This document shows, piece by piece, positions 9,602-20,415 of a stretch of DNA of 64,000 bases. The translations under genes and the position numbers were made by a program. Positions within the stretch are counted from its first letter, which is position 1. Each line of letters starts with the position of its first letter. Location: assembly GCA_963733095.1 (NCBI GenBank), contig CAVTBV010000009.1:32001-96000 (forward strand), read 5' to 3'. The notes under the pieces were generated by a model. It was given only the letters and a program-made list of their open reading frames with translations. It was not told the DNA's origin and made no database searches. This DNA is from Candidatus Bathyarchaeota archaeon. GTDB taxonomy: Archaea; Thermoproteota; Bathyarchaeia; Bathyarchaeales; Bathycorpusculaceae.

Positions 9602-10195
9602 ATGACTATGCGCAAGCCATCAAATACTGAATTAAAAAAAGAGTTGTCACCAAAACAACGTGAAGAACTACTCAGAACATTGAAAACCCGTTTTGAGAAA
9701 AACATGAATCGCCATAGAGGTCTTGAATGGGCTAAAGTACAAACAAAACTGGAGGCAAATACTGAAAAACTGTGGTCCCTCAACGAAATGGAAAGAACTG
9801 GCGGCGAACCAGATGTTGTTGGCCATAACATAAAGACGTGCGAATACATTTTTTATGACTGTTCAGCGGAAAGTCCTAAAGGCCGCAGAAATGTTTGCTA
9901 CGACCATGAAGGGCAACAGGAGAGGGAAAAGAAAGGTATCCATCCAGAGGGAAACGCAGTTGATATGGCAGCTACCATGGGCATTGAGCTCTTAACGGAA
10001 GAACAATACCGGGAATTGCAGAAACTTGGAAATTTCGATACCAAAACCCAGAGCTGGGTGAAAACACCTTCTGATATTAGAAAACTCGGCGGCGCCATCT
10101 ATGCTGATCGCCGCTACGACCATGTCTTCGTGTACCATAACAGTGCACCCTCTTTCTACTGCGTAAGAGCGTTCCGTGGCTCACTAAGGGTTTAA
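9602..10195 (+). CDS. DUF4256-family protein
   Basis: LKTRFEKNMNRH, MERTGGEPDVV, DCSAESPKGRR and FRGSLRV signature stretches. Confidence 0.9.
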   Translation: MTMRKPSNTELKKELSPKQREELLRTLKTRFEKNMNRHRGLEWAKVQTKLEANTEKLWSLNEMERTGGEPDVVGHNIKTCEYIFYDCSAESPKGRRNVCYDHEGQQEREKKGIHPEGNAVDMAATMGIELLTEEQYRELQKLGNFDTKTQSWVKTPSDIRKLGGAIYADRRYDHVFVYHNSAPSFYCVRAFRGSLRV

Positions 10196-10251
10196 CGCGT
10201 CAGCGGGACGTCAATTTCTTTAAAAAGTTAGCCGATTAACTATAAGTCAGG

Positions 10252-10300
10252 GTCCTAAGGACTCTCTCTCAAAAAGAGAGATTCTGGCAATATTTATATG
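10252..10300 (+). promoter_or_regulatory. Promoter of the beta-propeller gene: palindromes plus TATA box
   Basis: GTCCT-A-AGGAC (10252-10262), TCTCTC-AAAAA-GAGAGA (10265-10281), TTTATATG (10293-10300). Confidence 0.5.
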
Positions 10301-10375
10301 TTGGGGGAATAACACTGTTATAGTGGAAGAAGAGTTTCTTCTCAAAAAAATGATAAAAATAAAGGAAATAAGAAA

Positions 10376-13223
10376 ATGAAAAACAACCGAAATAAAACTA
10401 TAACTATTGCAATTGCTATTCTTTTGACTATTTCAATGGCAACTTCTACAAGTCTTATGCCAAAAGTTAGCGCGCACGATCCCGGATACCAGATTCCAAC
10501 GTTTGCTTACATTGCGGTTCATCCTGACCCAATCGGTGTCGGCCAGACAGTTAACGTTTTCATGTGGCTCAACCAAATCTTCGGAGTAGGCTTGGGTGAC
10601 TCAAGCAGCTATGCACTACTATCCAACAGCTACAGATTCCACAACTACAATTTCACTATCGTTGCTCCAGACGGCACTGTTAAAACTACAATTTTCGAAA
10701 CTGTTTCAGACACTACCTCAAACCAAATAACAAGTTTCACTCCCGACCAAACTGGTACATACACTTTAATGTTCAATTTCCCAGGACAAACATACACAGC
10801 AAGCAACGGTAATCCAAACAGTATAATGGTCAACGACACATATCTACCAAGCAGCGCATCAACAACACTTACTGTTCAATCAGAAGCAGTTCCAGGTGCT
10901 ATAGGTAGTTCTCCGTTGCCGACCGCTTACTGGACACGTCCAATCTACGGTGAAAACAGTGACTGGTGGACTATTTCCTCAAACTGGCTGGGCGCAGGCT
11001 CAGCGGTTAACCCCGCAGTAGGTTCAGGCGTAGTCTCAAGTTTCTCTACAGGACCACCAACAAACATGTGGGGAGCAATCATGAGTCGAAATCCCGGTGA
11101 CGCAATAGGGTCCCTGACTAGCCACGTAATGTGGACTAAGCCGATTCAAAGTGGCGGAGTCGTCGGAGGCAACGCGTTCTATGAAGGCGGTGGATATCCA
11201 GGAAACGGTCAAGGAGTCGGCTACTACGAAGGAACTGCATACGAACAACGCTACATCAACCCGATAATTATGGACGGTATCCTCTACTACATGGGAGTAT
11301 TAGGATTCGATGCTCCAAGCTATGGACCATTAACAGCTCTTAATCTGCAAACTGGACAAGTTGTTTGGACCAGCAATACATTGCCAGCGCCATCATTTGG
11401 CTACATATACAACCTTTGGAACCCTGATGAACACGGAACTTTCCCACCAATACTGATTTGCCCAAGCGGAGCTTTATGGGATGATGGTTGATGGATTCAC
11501 TGGAACCGTACTGTTTAACGTGACTGGTGTTCCCTCAGGCTACGTCGCAGCAGGCCCATCAGGCGAACAACTACGATACGTCTTACAGAACAAAGGTACA
11601 ACCGCAAACCCGAACTGGTACTTGGCAGAATGGAATTCATCAAGAATCTGGCAATACGACATTAACCCATTCACAGGTGCAGGAAGTGTTTCACCAGCAA
11701 TCATCAATGCAAGCACCGCATCATCATTAGTTACAATATTCCCAGCTTCCAACCAAGCAGCCGCTCAAAATACGCTCATTGTCCAAGCAAACGTAGGATT
11801 TAACACAATTGTCCCAGGTACACTTTTGGACTCTACTAAGTACCCCTCAGAATGCACTTATGACTGGAACGTTTCAATACCCGAACTGAACAACCCTGGC
11901 GGATCATCACCTTCAGTAATTGCAGGTATGTACAACAACGTTTTGATGACCTTGAACGGAACTCTACCCGCATCGCCAAGCAGCTTTAATGGAGCAGGCA
12001 GCTATACACCTTACACCTACATGGCATTCGACCTAACCATCGGCCATGAAGGGGCATTTAAATGGATAAACACACTCCAACCAGTAGCAGGCAACGTCAC
12101 CGTTTACTATGCAGGCGTTGATCCGACAACTAACGTCTTCATAGAAGAAAACTATGAAACCTTGAATTGGGTTGGATATAGCCTGTTAACAGGACAAAAG
12201 ATATGGGGTCCAACTCCAGCTATGGAGTCGCTTGACTACTATGGTCAAACAGCGCCAAACGAATTCTGCGGTCAACTTGCCTTTGGTAACTTATACACAA
12301 GCGCATTCGGTGGAACAGTATACTGCTATAATGATTCAACTGGAGAACTGCAATGGACATACGGTAACAGCAACACACCTGGCAACAGCACTCTTGCAGG
12401 ATTTAATACACCCTACGGCGATTATCCGACGTTCATTCAGGCAGTTGGCAGCAATGGCGTGATTTACACTGTTACAACTGAGCACACTGTGATCGACCCG
12501 ATCTACAAAGGTTCATTAGCTCGGGCAATTAATGCCACAACAGGTGAAGAGATCTGGACAATTTCAGATTACACCAGCGAATTCATTCAAATGAGTTATG
12601 CTATCGCAGACGGATACAACACTTGGTTTAACGGGTATGATGGACAAATCTATGTTGTAGGCAGAGGACCGAGTCAAACAACTGTTACGGCGCCAAATGC
12701 AGGTTTAGCCTTCGGGCAGAGCGTGGTAATACGCGGTACAGTTACGGATATATCCTCTGGCACAGAGCAGACGCAGCAGGCAGCTAATTTCCCCAACGGC
12801 ATTCCAGTTGCAGCAGACGGGATTATGGGTGACTGGATGGGCTATGTCTACCAGCAGCAACCATTGCCAACTAACTTCACAGGTGTTCCAGTGGCGATCA
12901 GTGTGACAGATTCAAACGGCAATACCAGAGTTATCGGCACTACGACAACTGATGCAAGCGGCGATTACGCTCTAACATGGGTCCCTGACATCCCCGGTGA
13001 CTTTACTGTAACCGCAAACTTCGCGGGAACAAATGGTTACTGGCCATCAGCATCGACGACCTCATTTAATGTCATGGTAGCTTCAACACCTGCGCCGACA
13101 ACCTCAGTGCCTTCAGGTCTTGCGTCTACAGATACTGTGGTGTATGGCATAGTGGCAATTATAGTTGTGATGGTTATAATTGGCATTGTGTTAGCATTGC
13201 TCATGCTGAGAAAGCGGCCCTAA
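10376..13223 (+). pseudogene. Large exported PQQ-binding-like beta-propeller surface protein with Ig-like C-terminal domain and TM anchor; one frameshift near 11480
   Basis: Signal peptide, repeated A.N..TG...W motifs, TM + RKRP tail; TTATGGGATGATGGTTG has one extra G relative to a continuous LWMMVDG frame. Confidence 0.85.
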
Positions 13224-13276
13224 GCTAAAGAACCAAATAAATTTCTTCCCTTTTTTTTGTTTAAATGTATACGTTG

Positions 13277-13383
13277 AGGGCTGAGTGGGCTCTGTTTTAG
13301 TTCGCGATGCTAGTAGCCACAGTTTTGTGAGGAGCGTTTTTGCATTTTCGCTCTTTCTCCTACTATTCCAGAGCCCAGCAAAC
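13277..13383 (+). ncRNA. Conserved structured element, copy 1 (candidate ncRNA or miniature repeat)
   Basis: Similar to 17961-18058; closing stem GGGCTCTG/CAGAGCCC and inner hairpin GAGCG/CGCTC. Strand is uncertain. Confidence 0.5.
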
Positions 13384-14004
13384 ATTTTGCCTCTTCTCCT
13401 TTTTAATCAGGCTTTCAAGCTTTCCTTCAGAGAGTTTCTCCACTACCAATTCTGCTCACTACCAATCAGAGGCACGAAAGCAAACGGTTTAAAGTTGAGC
13501 ACTATTTGAAATAAGAGGCTTAATTTATCAAGTAAATCCCAGCAGGCCGTCATTATTTTAGCATTCAGAGCTTGATTTTCACTTGGATTTATGTAACTAA
13601 ATCAGTGCCGCTGTAGCTATTTTCTATAACGCTCACTCAGCACCTAAAGCAGCAACCAATTCACCCGATTAGGCGCTTCTTGCTCTAAACCTACAACGGA
13701 AAACAAGACGAAGAGTTCCCCAACATACCCCACACTCACACCCACACTACTCTGCATAGGTGCCATGTTGAGATGTATGGGCAAACATTCTTCCCACACT
13801 AAATCTGAATTAGGCAAGAGCCTAAACCAAAAAAGCAACCATATCCAAACCCCGCAGTGTAGCGTGCAAACATTAGAGCCCCACACCCACACAAAGACAA
13901 AAAAAGGCTTTTCCTGCCGCGTCTTGGTCAAATACTTGGTGGTGATTGAATGCAATTCTTGTCGGACATAACAATTATATGTTGTCTGGGAATTAACGTA
14001 GATT

Positions 14005-14811
14005 ATGGCAGGTCGCATTAAAAAAGCACAGGTGCAAATTGATGATATCGTTTTGAATAAAGGTAATGCTTTTACGGTAGTGAATATTGTTGTTCGCATC
14101 CTTAATCGTAGAAGAGTGCCTTTTCCATCAGCAGTTTACGATTTTTTCAACAAGGTAGGCAGCATCTCTGACGACGAAGACAGTGGCAGCGAAGACTTCC
14201 TCAGGGAATACATAGTACCGCAACATGGAAAGTGTCTTGTTGATGTGGGTGCAAATGTTGGTGGCTGGACTTTCTTTGTTGCCAAAAAAGGGCTTGAAGT
14301 CTACGCATTTGAGCCCATGCCTAAAGCATACAACATTTTGAAAGAGAGAGCAAAGAATTTTCCTAATGTTCACCCCTTCCCATATGCTGTAGGAGACAAG
14401 GATACTGTTGGACGTTTAGGCTTCACAGCTTTCGGTGTAACAGGAACAATGGATGAAGAAATCAACCTGCCTGGGGGCGGAACAATAGATATACCCGTAC
14501 GAAAATTAGATAGCATGAGATTACCTGAAGTGGGTGTAATCAAAATAGACACAGAGGGCTATGAAACGCCTATACTGCAAGGCGCCCGAGAGATTATTAC
14601 AAAATACAAGCCAATTTTAATCATCGAAGTTCATAAACAGACAGGTAAGGCAGCGAAAAACTTCGAGGAAGAAAAACAAAGAATCGAAAGCATTCTTAAA
14701 AATTTACACTACAACTGGATCGTATACTATCGACAGATTAGTCTACATGGTGAACTACAACCTTTCTTAATAGCAAAACCCGATATCCAAAAAACACAAC
14801 AAACCGATTGA
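14005..14811 (+). CDS. FkbM-family SAM methyltransferase
   Basis: VDVGANVG, YAFEP and IKIDTEGYE motifs. Confidence 0.9.
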   Translation: MAGRIKKAQVQIDDIVLNKGNAFTVVNIVVRILNRRRVPFPSAVYDFFNKVGSISDDEDSGSEDFLREYIVPQHGKCLVDVGANVGGWTFFVAKKGLEVYAFEPMPKAYNILKERAKNFPNVHPFPYAVGDKDTVGRLGFTAFGVTGTMDEEINLPGGGTIDIPVRKLDSMRLPEVGVIKIDTEGYETPILQGAREIITKYKPILIIEVHKQTGKAAKNFEEEKQRIESILKNLHYNWIVYYRQISLHGELQPFLIAKPDIQKTQQTD

Positions 14812-14877
14812 AAACTGAAAATCCATCCACTATAATATCTATGAAGCAATTCTGTTTTAATAAAAAGACATTTTTGA

Positions 14878-15858
14878 TCAGAAAGTAGTTATGTGCTGCA
14901 TGGGAGTTGGCCATCTAATGGGGATTTTTCTTGTGCTGACTTCAATTTTGGTGATTCCGCAAACTCGGGCAATTTCATCCTGAATATCAAATGATTGAGC
15001 TATATCTCTAACCATCGCGGTCAAATGAAGATCGTAATCGCCACTGGTTTTCGTAATAATGATTACATCAGGAATTCTTGATAATGATTCAACTATAGTC
15101 TCTGTTAAACCTTCGGAGGCAGTAAAAGCTATGCTAAAATCCATTATCGCACTGTACCCAATTACGTTTGGATTTATCTGTATTGAAACTTTTATTGCTC
15201 CGTTTTCTTCGAGTTTTCGATACCTTTGTACTACTGTATCGGTTGATAGACCGATATCCTTGGCTATTTTCGTGAATGACATCCGCCCGTTTATGGCTAA
15301 TTTTTGCATTATTTGCCTATCTACATCATCGATTTCAACTTCGTTAGTCACCCTGTTGACTACGGAGGTAAGGCGCTGTTGTCCAATTTCAACAGTATTT
15401 CTGTTACGGGTAAAGTTCAAGTTTTCAGGATTATTTCTAACCCCCGCCCAAATGTAGGTCTTTAACCCTGTAATGGGCAATTTCCACTTAATCATCTGCT
15501 TTACATGGTCTAATTCATTTAGATCTTTTAAGGTAGCCACAGCTCTAACATTATAAATACTGTTGTACTGTCGATACGCACGTACCTCTGTTATTTTATC
15601 TGTAAATCCCATGGCCTGTTCCATCTGCTGGGACTCTATGCTAATTAGTATAGTTGCTAGTGCTGCGTCACCAAATTGCGCAAAATTTATTTGAACAGTA
15701 GCTCCTGTGATGATGCCTTTCTTCTCCATAGCTTTGCAGCGTTTCCAGACCTTGTTTTTTGGCTCTCCACATGCTTTAGCTATAGAATCGTAGCCTGTTC
15801 TCCCATCCGTTAACAAGATTTTCAGGATTCTTGAATCAAGCTCACTTACTTTGGGCAC
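14878..15858 (-). CDS. Double-domain Lrp/AsnC regulator
   Basis: Two LD/ID..D..I...L..(D/N)GR HTH + RAM repeats. Confidence 0.9.
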   Translation of the reverse strand: MPKVSELDSRILKILLTDGRTGYDSIAKACGEPKNKVWKRCKAMEKKGIITGATVQINFAQFGDAALATILISIESQQMEQAMGFTDKITEVRAYRQYNSIYNVRAVATLKDLNELDHVKQMIKWKLPITGLKTYIWAGVRNNPENLNFTRNRNTVEIGQQRLTSVVNRVTNEVEIDDVDRQIMQKLAINGRMSFTKIAKDIGLSTDTVVQRYRKLEENGAIKVSIQINPNVIGYSAIMDFSIAFTASEGLTETIVESLSRIPDVIIITKTSGDYDLHLTAMVRDIAQSFDIQDEIARVCGITKIEVSTRKIPIRWPTPMQHITTF

Positions 15859-15992
15859 GCATTTCCCCTCTTCTAGGTTTGTTAAGGTATGACATTTAAG
15901 ACTACTTGTTTCCGTTATTTTTTTCCACTGAAATTCCCTAAATACTTATTTTTTTGCTAATTTATTCGAGGAATTGCTTCTTGATTAATTGG

Positions 15993-16982
15993 CTAAAAAG
16001 TCGAAATGTATTGACGAGGACTAGGCCACTTCTTCATTTCTACACTAAGTTCCAAGAGTTCCAAGTCGATTTTAACTATTCCAGGAATCTGTCCAATCTG
16101 CTTTTGAATGTACAGTAGCTGACCAATATCCTGTACAAATGCGTATATTTGTAAATCAAAATCTCCAGATGTTTTCATAATGCTTAGGACGTTGGGTATC
16201 CTGCTGACTTTGTCAACAATCAAATTTGAGTTTTCGCTTGATGTAGTTGTGAAGAAAATACACATCGCTCGGTATCCAATTTTAGTAGGATTAACTTGAA
16301 TTGTGACTTTTAATGTGCCATTTTCCTTTAGTTTTTTATACCTTCTTTTGGCAGTCTCTGTTGAGACTCCAATTTCTTTCCCAAGGACACTCATGGATAT
16401 TCGACCATCCTCGGCAAGTTTATCGGCTATTTTTTGGTCGATTTCATTTATAGGCCTATTTTGTGAATCTTTTTTTTCGTTTAGGACATTTTCATGATGG
16501 TTCATTGCTGCTTTTTTGTAGTCAGCTGGAATTATTGCCAAGTTTTCGTTCATTTCTTTTACGTCTGTCCAGATTGCAGTTTTCATCTCTAAAATCGAGA
16601 AGCGCCTTTTAATTGAGTCCTTAATTTCGTTTAGTTGTTCTAAGGTTTTGAGGATTACTAATGTGTCTATGTTTCCTTTAACGCCCCTATTGTAGTAGGC
16701 GTAAAGCTCTGGCATTTTTTGTAAGTATTCGGCAAGCTTGTCTTCTTGTTGGGGGTCTACGTTGATTAGAATGTGGGCAACCGCTTTATAACCGAAACTT
16801 TTGTAATTGATGTGGATTGTGGCACCCGTAATTACGCCCATTTCTTCCATTTGACGATAATTTGTCTTTACTTCTTCCTTTGTTAAGCCTAGTTTTTTTG
16901 CGATTTCGCTTTCGGTTTTGCGTCCATCCACTATTAGCTCTTTAAGGACTTTTGCTTGGATTGCTGTAACTTGATTTGTTAA
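15993..16982 (-). CDS. Double-domain Lrp/AsnC regulator (paralog); start codon ambiguous
   Basis: Two HTH+RAM repeats; the frame stays open upstream of the tracked GTG to a TTA located 7 nt after a GAGGT SD. Confidence 0.85.
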   Translation of the reverse strand, partial: LTNQVTAIQAKVLKELIVDGRKTESEIAKKLGLTKEEVKTNYRQMEEMGVITGATIHINYKSFGYKAVAHILINVDPQQEDKLAEYLQKMPELYAYYNRGVKGNIDTLVILKTLEQLNEIKDSIKRRFSILEMKTAIWTDVKEMNENLAIIPADYKKAAMNHHENVLNEKKDSQNRPINEIDQKIADKLAEDGRISMSVLGKEIGVSTETAKRRYKKLKENGTLKVTIQVNPTKIGYRAMCIFFTTTSSENSNLIVDKVSRIPNVLSIMKTSGDFDLQIYAFVQDIGQLLYIQKQIGQIPGIVKIDLELLELSVEMKKWPSPRQYISTF

Positions 16983-17061
16983 GATTGATACCTCTTGTTA
17001 AAGCGTTCATAAATGTTATTTTACTATATTTAATTTTTCGCGTATTTAGTTTTTACTAAGC

Positions 17062-17900
17062 GGGCGGCAACATCAACAGACTCTGGACTTGAAACACCAT
17101 TTGCACACTATCCAACATTCGTTAACGCCATCGGCAGCGAAATAGTCTACACAGTCACCACTGAACACACACCCCAAACACCCTTATTCAAAGGTGGATT
17201 ACAACGTGCCATCAACGCTACCACCGGACAAGAACTTTAGAGCATATCAGGCTACACCGGTGAATTCATGACCTTCAGTTATGCTATGGCAGACGGCTAC
17301 AATAAATTGTTTAACGGCTACGACAACCAAATCTGCGTTGTCGGCAGAGGACCAAGCGCAACTACCGTCTCAGCGCACACGCAGGTTTAGCGTTCATGCA
17401 AATAGTCGTTATCAGCGGCTCAGTTACTGATGTTGCAACTGGCACAACCCAAACACAAGTAGCAGGCAACTTCCCCAACGGTGTCCCAGGCTCTTCTGAC
17501 GCAAGTATGAGCGAATGGATGGGATATGTCTACCAACAGCAACCAGAACCCACAAACTTCACAGGTGTTCCAGTCACAATAGCTGTCACCGATTCAAACG
17601 GAAACTGCTAAGACATTGGCACTGCAACAATAGATGCAAGCGGAACCTATGGCATTACCTGGGTACCAACAATCGCCGGTAACTACACTGTCACAGCAAC
17701 CTTCGCTGGCACCAACGGTTACTATCCTATAATGCAGAAGACCGCTTCACCGTCATGGAACAACCAGCAGCAACCACCGCTCCACACCAGTACCTGCCTC
17801 ATCTGTTGATGCATACTTCGTTCCTGCAGTCATCGGCATAATCTTAGCTATCATCATAGTCGGCGCCTTTGCTGTTCTTTTGCTTAGAAAACTAGCATAA
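17062..17900 (+). pseudogene. 3' fragment of a second beta-propeller surface protein paralog with stops and frameshifts
   Basis: YPTF...VTTEHT, NFPNGVP, WMGYVYQQQPEPTNFTGVPV match the C-terminus of 10376..13223; several in-frame TAG codons. Confidence 0.85.
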
Positions 17901-17960
17901 AACACAAAAACAAAAACAATCCCTCCCCTTTTTTAGTCCCTAAATCAGTGGAGAAGAGTT

Positions 17961-18058
17961 AGGGCTGAGTAGGCTCTGACATATTCGCAAAATAGCCATA
18001 GTCAAAAGAGCTTTTGCATTTGCTCTTTTCTCCTTTAAGCCAGAGCCTCAGCATACCC
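17961..18058 (+). ncRNA. Conserved structured element, copy 2, closed by bulge-helix-bulge geometry
   Basis: GG-GCTG-AGT-AGGCTCTG ... CAGAGCCT-CAGC-ATA-CC; inner hairpin AAAAGAGC/GCTCTTTT. Confidence 0.55.
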
Positions 18059-18111
18059 AACACCTTGGTATCACTAATTATCAAATGCGTCCAGCATGGC
18101 CATTATCGCTA

Positions 18112-19587
18112 CTAAAACAAGTTTTTGATGTATTTTATGATGAGTTGGGGCTGGTTAATTGCTATTTTAAGCGCTTTTCGAGGGTGCTGTAGGTGGCCTA
18201 ATAGTGATAGTTTCTTGTATTCATCTAAAGCTTTAGCGGCAATCTCCTTGACTTCTGCTGGTGTAAACTCGTCGGTTGTTATCAGCGGCATGCCCTTGGG
18301 TTGTCTAGCTTCCGCAAAAGCGTTCCATGTAAGGTCTTGTTTGATGTAGCCTTTTGTTCTACATTCCTCGTAGAGTCTTGTGCCGTAGGAAGGCGTCGCC
18401 ATGAACAAGTGCATCCCAACATCGTATTTGCGTTTAAGTTCAAGCGCAAAATCCACTGTTTTCCGCATGTTCTCTTTTGTTTCGCCTGGAAAACCGATTA
18501 TGTAGAAGGCGCCTGTTTTTAAACCGATTTGCTTAGCGTCTTTTGCGAATTGAACCACGTGGTTTAGGTCGAGGCTCTTGCAAATAACCTTATCCAGGAT
18601 TTGTTGATCTCCTGACTCCACTCCGACAAATATGCTGTTGGCGCCTGAATGCTTCATTTTTTTGAGAAGATCCAGGTTTAAACAGTCTGCTCGTACACCG
18701 TTGGGGGTCTCCCAACCAATCCTTATCTTCCGCTCAATTATTCCGTCACAGATTGCTTCAAACCGTTTTATGTCCAGTGTTAAGTTGTCGTCTTCAAAAA
18801 AGATGTTTTTAACCTTAAACTTGTCAACGACGTATTGAATGTGATCTAAAACGTACTTTGCCGAGTGTGCACGGAATTTTTGTCCCATGTGCAAGTGGAC
18901 AGCGCAGAAGCAGCAGTTAAATGGGCAGCCGCGGCTTGTAATCATAGATATGGCTCGGTCTTGGAAGCTGCGGTAACCAATCTTTTTGGGAGTAAGATAC
19001 TGCTCCATATCTACCAGGTTATAGGCTGGGAAGGGTAAATCGTCTAGATTCTCAATAAGTGGTCTGGCTGGGTTTACCACAACTTTCTCGTTTTGGCGGT
19101 ATGCGATGCCTTGAATTTGGCTTAGCTGTTTTCTGCCCTCGAACGCTTGAACAATCTCAAGCATGGCATATTCGCCCTCGCCGATGACAGCTATGTCGAC
19201 GTTCTTTGCTTCCTCCAAGAACTCTTGTGGAATCAAAGTGATGTGTGGACCGCCCATAACCGTCAAAATTCTTGGGTTGACTTCTTTGGCTAAATTGCTG
19301 ACTTTAATAGAGTTTTCTATCTGGCATGTAAATGGTCCAGATATGCCGACAATGTCTGGTTTCCTTTCGGTTATTTCTTGTTTAATCTGCTCAAAGGGCA
19401 TCCCAACGCTTATGGAGTCACTGTTTTTTTGGAATGTTGCCGCCATGAACGCGTCTAAAATCTCAACCTTCGCTTCCGCTCTCTGGAGTACGGCTGCTAT
19501 GTACATCAAGCCTATTGGCAGGTTGCCTGCGGGCTGTTCTGAGCCTGGATAGAACGTCTGCGGCGGATTGATTAGAAGCACTTTCAT
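18112..19587 (-). CDS. Cobalamin-binding radical SAM protein
   Basis: N-terminal KVLLINPP...PIGLMYIAA B12-binding domain; SRGCPFNCCFC motif. Confidence 0.92.
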   Translation of the reverse strand: MKVLLINPPQTFYPGSEQPAGNLPIGLMYIAAVLQRAEAKVEILDAFMAATFQKNSDSISVGMPFEQIKQEITERKPDIVGISGPFTCQIENSIKVSNLAKEVNPRILTVMGGPHITLIPQEFLEEAKNVDIAVIGEGEYAMLEIVQAFEGRKQLSQIQGIAYRQNEKVVVNPARPLIENLDDLPFPAYNLVDMEQYLTPKKIGYRSFQDRAISMITSRGCPFNCCFCAVHLHMGQKFRAHSAKYVLDHIQYVVDKFKVKNIFFEDDNLTLDIKRFEAICDGIIERKIRIGWETPNGVRADCLNLDLLKKMKHSGANSIFVGVESGDQQILDKVICKSLDLNHVVQFAKDAKQIGLKTGAFYIIGFPGETKENMRKTVDFALELKRKYDVGMHLFMATPSYGTRLYEECRTKGYIKQDLTWNAFAEARQPKGMPLITTDEFTPAEVKEIAAKALDEYKKLSLLGHLQHPRKALKIAINQPQLIIKYIKNLF

Positions 19588-19823
19588 TGGTGTACCAGTG
19601 ATTAGTTAGTTGATTTGCTGGAGATATTTAAATTAACTTATGATGCACTTTAATCGTCAACCATGGTATCGTAAGCTGTTTTATGTCTAATTACCCGTCT
19701 TGAACCGATTTTTTCGATACTTAGTTAGCATGTTATAGCTATGCCACTACAACATAAGTTTAAGAGCGGTTGTTCGGCATTATTCTTGTCAAATTTTGCG
19801 TAGTAAAATAGGAGGTGAATTTT

Positions 19824-20141
19824 TTGAGTACACGATCTGAAGAACGAAAAGGTAAAATGACAGTTGCTGAAGCGGGAAGGAAAGGAGGAGAAAAAACCGC
19901 TTCCACTCATGGACGCGAATTCTATGAAGAAATAGGACGTAAAGGCGGCGAAAAAGTCTCGATGGAACGAGGACCGGAATTTTACAGTGAAATTGGTAGC
20001 AAAGGCGGTTCTGAACGTGCCAAGCAACACGAAGGTTCCGTAGAAGCGAGGGGTAAAACAAGTCTAGAAGAAGCTGGTCATAGAGGTGGACAGAGAGTTC
20101 GACGACTAATCCAAGCGGGAAAGGAACACGAGGAAGAATAA
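19824..20141 (+). CDS. Em/GsiB-like (KGG repeat, group 1 LEA) stress protein
   Basis: MTVAEAGRKGG and repeated EFY.EIG.KGG; GGAGGTGA SD. Confidence 0.9.
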   Translation: MSTRSEERKGKMTVAEAGRKGGEKTASTHGREFYEEIGRKGGEKVSMERGPEFYSEIGSKGGSERAKQHEGSVEARGKTSLEEAGHRGGQRVRRLIQAGKEHEEE

Positions 20142-20226
20142 GCAACCCAAAAATTAACCCAGATTTTATTGTTTAATCTTATTTTTCCCGTTCCTGGCTT
20201 AATTTATTTTTTGTGGAGGTGATTCT

Positions 20227-20415
20227 TTGGAAGAAAAAAAAGGTAAAATGACCGTTGAAGAAGCAGGCCGCAGAGGCGGTCTTAGAACTTCTGCAACTCA
20301 TGGCGAAGAATTCTACAGTGAAATAGGCCGCAAAGGAGGAAAGATAGGCGGACCAAGAGGAGGTCAAAGAGTTCACAAACTTATCCAGGAAAGAAGGGAA
20401 CACGAACGAGAATAG
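20227..20415 (+). CDS. Em/GsiB-like KGG stress protein
   Basis: MTVEEAGRRGG...EFYSEIGRKGG; GGAGGTGA SD. Confidence 0.88.
   Translation: MEEKKGKMTVEEAGRRGGLRTSATHGEEFYSEIGRKGGKIGGPRGGQRVHKLIQERREHERE

Noticed and set aside
11489-11491. TGA as selenocysteine, with the downstream hairpin as a SECIS
   Set aside because: Homology continues in a different frame, so this is a frameshift, not readthrough.
13277-13383. The repeated element as a c-di-GMP riboswitch or a hammerhead/HDV ribozyme
   Set aside because: Only short words match (GCAAA, GCGAA, CTGAG); the required cores and their order are absent.
13385-13470. Minus-strand VVEKLSEGKLESLIKKEK, resembling an IS630-type transposase N-terminus
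   Set aside because: Too short to call; noted only because it keeps the mobile-element explanation open for the adjacent element.
13644-14099. Overlapping ORFs with CCCACAC repeats
   Set aside because: Low-complexity sequence, no recognisable family, and overlap with the FkbM gene.
17062-17900. Possible DGR template repeat for the beta-propeller gene
   Set aside because: Differences from the paralog are spread over all bases rather than adenine-specific, and no reverse transcriptase is present; it is a decayed paralog.
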